Below, in pieces: positions 8,025 to 10,272 of a stretch of DNA of 10,272 nucleotides; the first letter of the stretch is position 1, and each line of letters opens with the position of its first letter. Under the pieces are notes generated by a model, which saw only the letters and a list, made by a program, of their open reading frames with translations, ran no database searches and had not been told where the DNA came from. Made by a program: the position numbers and the translations under genes. Origin of the DNA: a bacterium. Its GTDB lineage: Bacteria > Desulfobacterota > DSWW01. Location of the stretch: NCBI GenBank assembly GCA_040756235.1, contig JBFLZG010000012.1, forward strand, positions 1 to 10,272, in the 5' to 3' direction.

Positions 8025-8768
8025 ATGGCGATTACGGTTACCATAGACGGCAGGAAGATCTCGGTCGACAAAGGGACCACCGTCCTTCAGGCGGCGCGCG
8101 ATCTGGGCATCGAGATCCCCACGCTCTGCCACAGCGAAGCGGTCGAGCCTTACGGGGCGTGCCGGGTCTGCATCGTCGAGGCCTCGGACGGCAAGCGATG
8201 GTCCAAGGTCGTGACCTCCTGCAACTACGAAGTCTGGGAAGGGCTCGAGGTCTCCACCAAGTCCGAGCCGCTGGTCCGGACGCGGCGGGAGATCCTCGAT
8301 CTCGTTCTTTCCGCCCACCCCGGGTCCGCGGTCATCCGGGAGCTCGCCGCGCGCTACGGAGTCCACGAGCCGAGCTATCCAGGCAAGGCGGACGATGACT
8401 GCATCTTGTGCGGGCTGTGCGTCCGGGTATGTGAACAGGTGGTCGGGGTCTCGGCCCTCGGTTTCGCCAACCGCGGTCCGTCCCGTCGCATGACCATTCC
8501 CTTCGAGCAAGCATCGCTGACGTGCATCGGATGCGGCTCCTGCGCCTACATCTGCCCCACCCGGTGCCTCCACCTCGAGGATCGGGACGGGAAGCGCATC
8601 CTCTACAAGCAGCGCCGCAACAACGTCCTCAAGGAGTTCGATCTTCTGCCCTGCGCGAGCTGCGGACGGCCGTTCCTGCCCAGGGAACAGCTCGAGCACG
8701 TGCAGAAGACGCTCAAGCTGCCCCGCGCGGTGGCCCAGACTTGTCCTTCCTGCGGCGGCCCTAAGTAG
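8025..8768 (+). CDS. NuoG-N/HydA-N/BfuA-like iron-sulfur subunit lacking a catalytic domain (247 aa)
   Basis: [2Fe-2S] IPTLCH...YGACRVCIVE...VTSC; 2x[4Fe-4S] CILCGLCVRVC...CIGCGSCAYICP; C-terminal CASC...CPSC. No H-cluster or molybdopterin domain. SD AGAGGA at 8011-8016. Confidence 0.92.
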   Translation: MAITVTIDGRKISVDKGTTVLQAARDLGIEIPTLCHSEAVEPYGACRVCIVEASDGKRWSKVVTSCNYEVWEGLEVSTKSEPLVRTRREILDLVLSAHPGSAVIRELAARYGVHEPSYPGKADDDCILCGLCVRVCEQVVGVSALGFANRGPSRRMTIPFEQASLTCIGCGSCAYICPTRCLHLEDRDGKRILYKQRRNNVLKEFDLLPCASCGRPFLPREQLEHVQKTLKLPRAVAQTCPSCGGPK

Positions 8769-8920
8769 AACCTGTTGAAAACCGCCCGTCAGCGGCGTCC
8801 GGCTCGTCCTTCGTTCTCGGCCTTCGCCGGGGCAGGCTCCCCACCGGTCCGCCGGACTCTCGGGTGCGCCTCGTTCCTCAAACTTCGCGCGCCTTGCATC
8901 CGGACCTTTTTGAACGGCCT
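8769..8920 (-). mobile_element. MITE-like non-autonomous repeat, copy 1
   Basis: Imperfect terminal inverted repeats CCTGTTGAAAA (8771-8781) and TTTTGAACGGC (8908-8918). Its reverse complement shares GTTCAAAAA-n6-GATGCAAGGCGCGCGAA, GAGGAAyGAGGCGyAC and ACGArGGAyGAGC with 10175-10272. Confidence 0.65.
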
Positions 8921-9107
8921 TGCGGAACTATCCCAAGACGGCCATCCATCTCCGACGAAATGTACCGGAATGCCCGGTTCCCCTCCGCATCGAAGGAGTC
9001 GAGTCGAGGCCGAGGAGGGAAGCATGCGCGGGCCGCGGGCCGGGCCCGTTGCGAGCGGTTTATGACGTGATCGTCGGCGGCGGGTGTGACTCTCCAGGGT
9101 CTCCAGG

Positions 9108-9140
9108 AATGAAGAGAGGCCCCGCTCCTCACGGGGCCTC
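9108..9140 (-). terminator. Probable intrinsic terminator of the SatP-family gene
   Basis: Perfect 9-bp stem GAGGCCCCG (9116-9124) / CGGGGCCTC (9132-9140), 7-nt loop. On the minus strand it is followed by TCTTCATT and lies 45 nt after the stop codon. Confidence 0.6.
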
Positions 9141-9185
9141 CCGCATTCTATCGCTTTCGGCGCTGCTCGGCGCGCGCCGCAAAGC

Positions 9186-9851
9186 TTACGGACGCTCGAT
9201 GACCGGGGCCTCGGTGTCGGCGTGCACCTCGGCGTGGACCACCCTTCTCCTCCCGATCGGAAGGACCGAGTAGTCGAAGGCCCACTCGAGGAGCATGGCC
9301 GTCGCGGTGTACCAGCCCGCGATGGAGGCGGCCACCAAGATCCACCCGGCCGCCTGAACGATAATCCCCGAGCCCGCAAGAAAGCCGACCACCGAGACGG
9401 TTGCCCCCAGGCCCAGAATCGTCAGGAAGGCGAACAGCGCCATGTTGGACCGGCTTGCCGCTGCCGCGCCAGCCCAGGTTGCGATCGCCAGCGGGATCGA
9501 CCAGTATCCCAGCGAGGTGCTGTACGCTCCAGGATTCATGGGAAGCATGTTCGTGGCAAAGAAGACCGACAGGATTCCATAGCTCAGCCAGAAGAACCCC
9601 CACATTCCGTGCACCACCGCTGCCAGGGAATCTCGGCTCCGCAGTGACCAGATGCCCGATATCATCTGAATCAGCCCGCCGAACAGCACGATGGGGAGCA
9701 CGTACACGTGGCTCTGCAGGGACGGTCCGGACCAGCCGGCCGGGGCGCACACGAGGAATAGAATGGCCGACAAGGCGAACAATCCGAGAATGTTGTGCGC
9801 TTCAGCCGGCGAGACCCTGACCCACACGTCTTCGGTGCGAGGTGTTTCCAT
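9186..9851 (-). CDS. GPR1/FUN34/YaaH (SatP, AceTr) family acetate/carboxylate transporter (221 aa)
   Basis: About six hydrophobic segments, LGLF in the first helix, FGGLIQMISGIW, HGMWGFFWLSYG, AGWYTATA, VLPIG. SD AGGAGG on the minus strand (9860-9865), 8 nt from ATG. Confidence 0.88.
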   Translation of the reverse strand: METPRTEDVWVRVSPAEAHNILGLFALSAILFLVCAPAGWSGPSLQSHVYVLPIVLFGGLIQMISGIWSLRSRDSLAAVVHGMWGFFWLSYGILSVFFATNMLPMNPGAYSTSLGYWSIPLAIATWAGAAAASRSNMALFAFLTILGLGATVSVVGFLAGSGIIVQAAGWILVAASIAGWYTATAMLLEWAFDYSVLPIGRRRVVHAEVHADTEAPVIERP

Positions 9852-10086
9852 GATGCGAACCTCCTACGTCCTCACCTCAATTGAGGGCAGTTTGGATGAA
9901 GAAGAGCCCATAACAAGAAATGTGTGGGCCTTGAGCCGCATCCTTTTACGCGGCGACCCGATCCCGACCATACCACCGATCGGTGCCTTTTCCCTGTTTG
10001 TTAGATGCGAAGTGCCTGGGAAGGAAGCAAAACGTGGAATGGGAAGAAAGGTTGCAGGTTTTAGGTTATCAGGGTTTCAGCGCCGA

Positions 10087-10129
10087 CGTCGTCCCGGCCC
10101 ATCTGCGAAGCGCGTGTGAGCCGGGATCC
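10087..10129. repeat. CGTC-type REP-like palindrome
   Basis: CGTCG-TCCCGGC (10092-10098)...GCGAAGCGCG...GCCGGGA (10120-10126)-TCC: 7-bp stem with a GCGAAGC core typical of CGTC REPs. Confidence 0.5.
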
Positions 10130-10174
10130 GGCAGGTTGCATCTAGCTAGAGCTTGTCCCACAAGGTCTGGCTCG

Positions 10175-10272
10175 AGAGCCTGTTCAAAAATGCCCAGATG
10201 CAAGGCGCGCGAAATCCCGAGGAATGAGGCGTACATTTCAGTACGCCGCAGTGACGAGGGATGAGCGCAACG
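10175..10272 (+). mobile_element. MITE-like non-autonomous repeat, copy 2 (runs off the window end)
   Basis: Begins AGAGCCTGTTCAAAAA; 17-nt exact match (10197-10213) to the reverse complement of 8884-8900; central hairpin GGCGTAC-ATTTCA-GTACGCC (10228-10247). Confidence 0.7.

Noticed and set aside
6102..8699. 865-aa minus-strand ORF
   Set aside because: Antisense shadow of the NuoF-like and NuoG-like genes, expected from high-GC codon bias; no recognisable motifs.
5304..8768. Respiratory complex I nuoEFG, [FeFe]-hydrogenase or formate dehydrogenase
   Set aside because: No other nuo genes nearby, no H-cluster motifs, no molybdopterin domain; the NuoG-like protein is only 247 aa.
8775..9379. 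ORFs 8775-9065, 8789-9379, 8864-9070, 8878-9132 and 8920-9273
   Set aside because: They overlap the MITE, terminator or transporter; Arg/Pro-rich spurious composition; no transposase motifs.
9975..10020. Sigma54 promoter for the transporter (two minus-strand AGGCAC hits)
   Set aside because: Neither has TTGC/GC at the required -12 spacing.
9691..10264. ORFs 9691-10119 and 9983-10264
   Set aside because: They cross the transporter start, its promoter region and repeats; no convincing SD or family motifs.
1..10272. CRISPR array, tRNA or rRNA
   Set aside because: No regularly spaced repeat-spacer series or structural RNA signature seen.

Overview
GC-rich window, probably from an anaerobic Deltaproteobacteria/Desulfobacterota-like genome (inferred from gene content, not established). 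Left: the 3' end of the conserved dnaX-ybaB(ebfC)-recR cluster. A ~600 bp intergenic region carries several REP-like palindromes and a good sigma70 promoter. Then a seven-gene + strand operon: a four-subunit 2-oxoacid (probably pyruvate):ferredoxin oxidoreductase (gamma-delta-alpha-beta) followed directly by a NuoE/NuoF/NuoG-N-like (HydCBA/BfuCBA-like) diaphorase module with no hydrogenase or formate dehydrogenase catalytic domain. This looks like a candidate POR-linked, possibly NADP-using, electron-bifurcating complex. Its unusual parts are a basic histone-H1-like tail on the NuoE-like subunit, a CGEE-to-CGES change in the NuoF-like nucleotide site, and a NuoG-like subunit that has lost one cluster and gained a CxxC-x26-CxxC tail. 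A convergent SatP/YaaH-family transporter gene lies between two related MITE-like repeats in inverted orientation.
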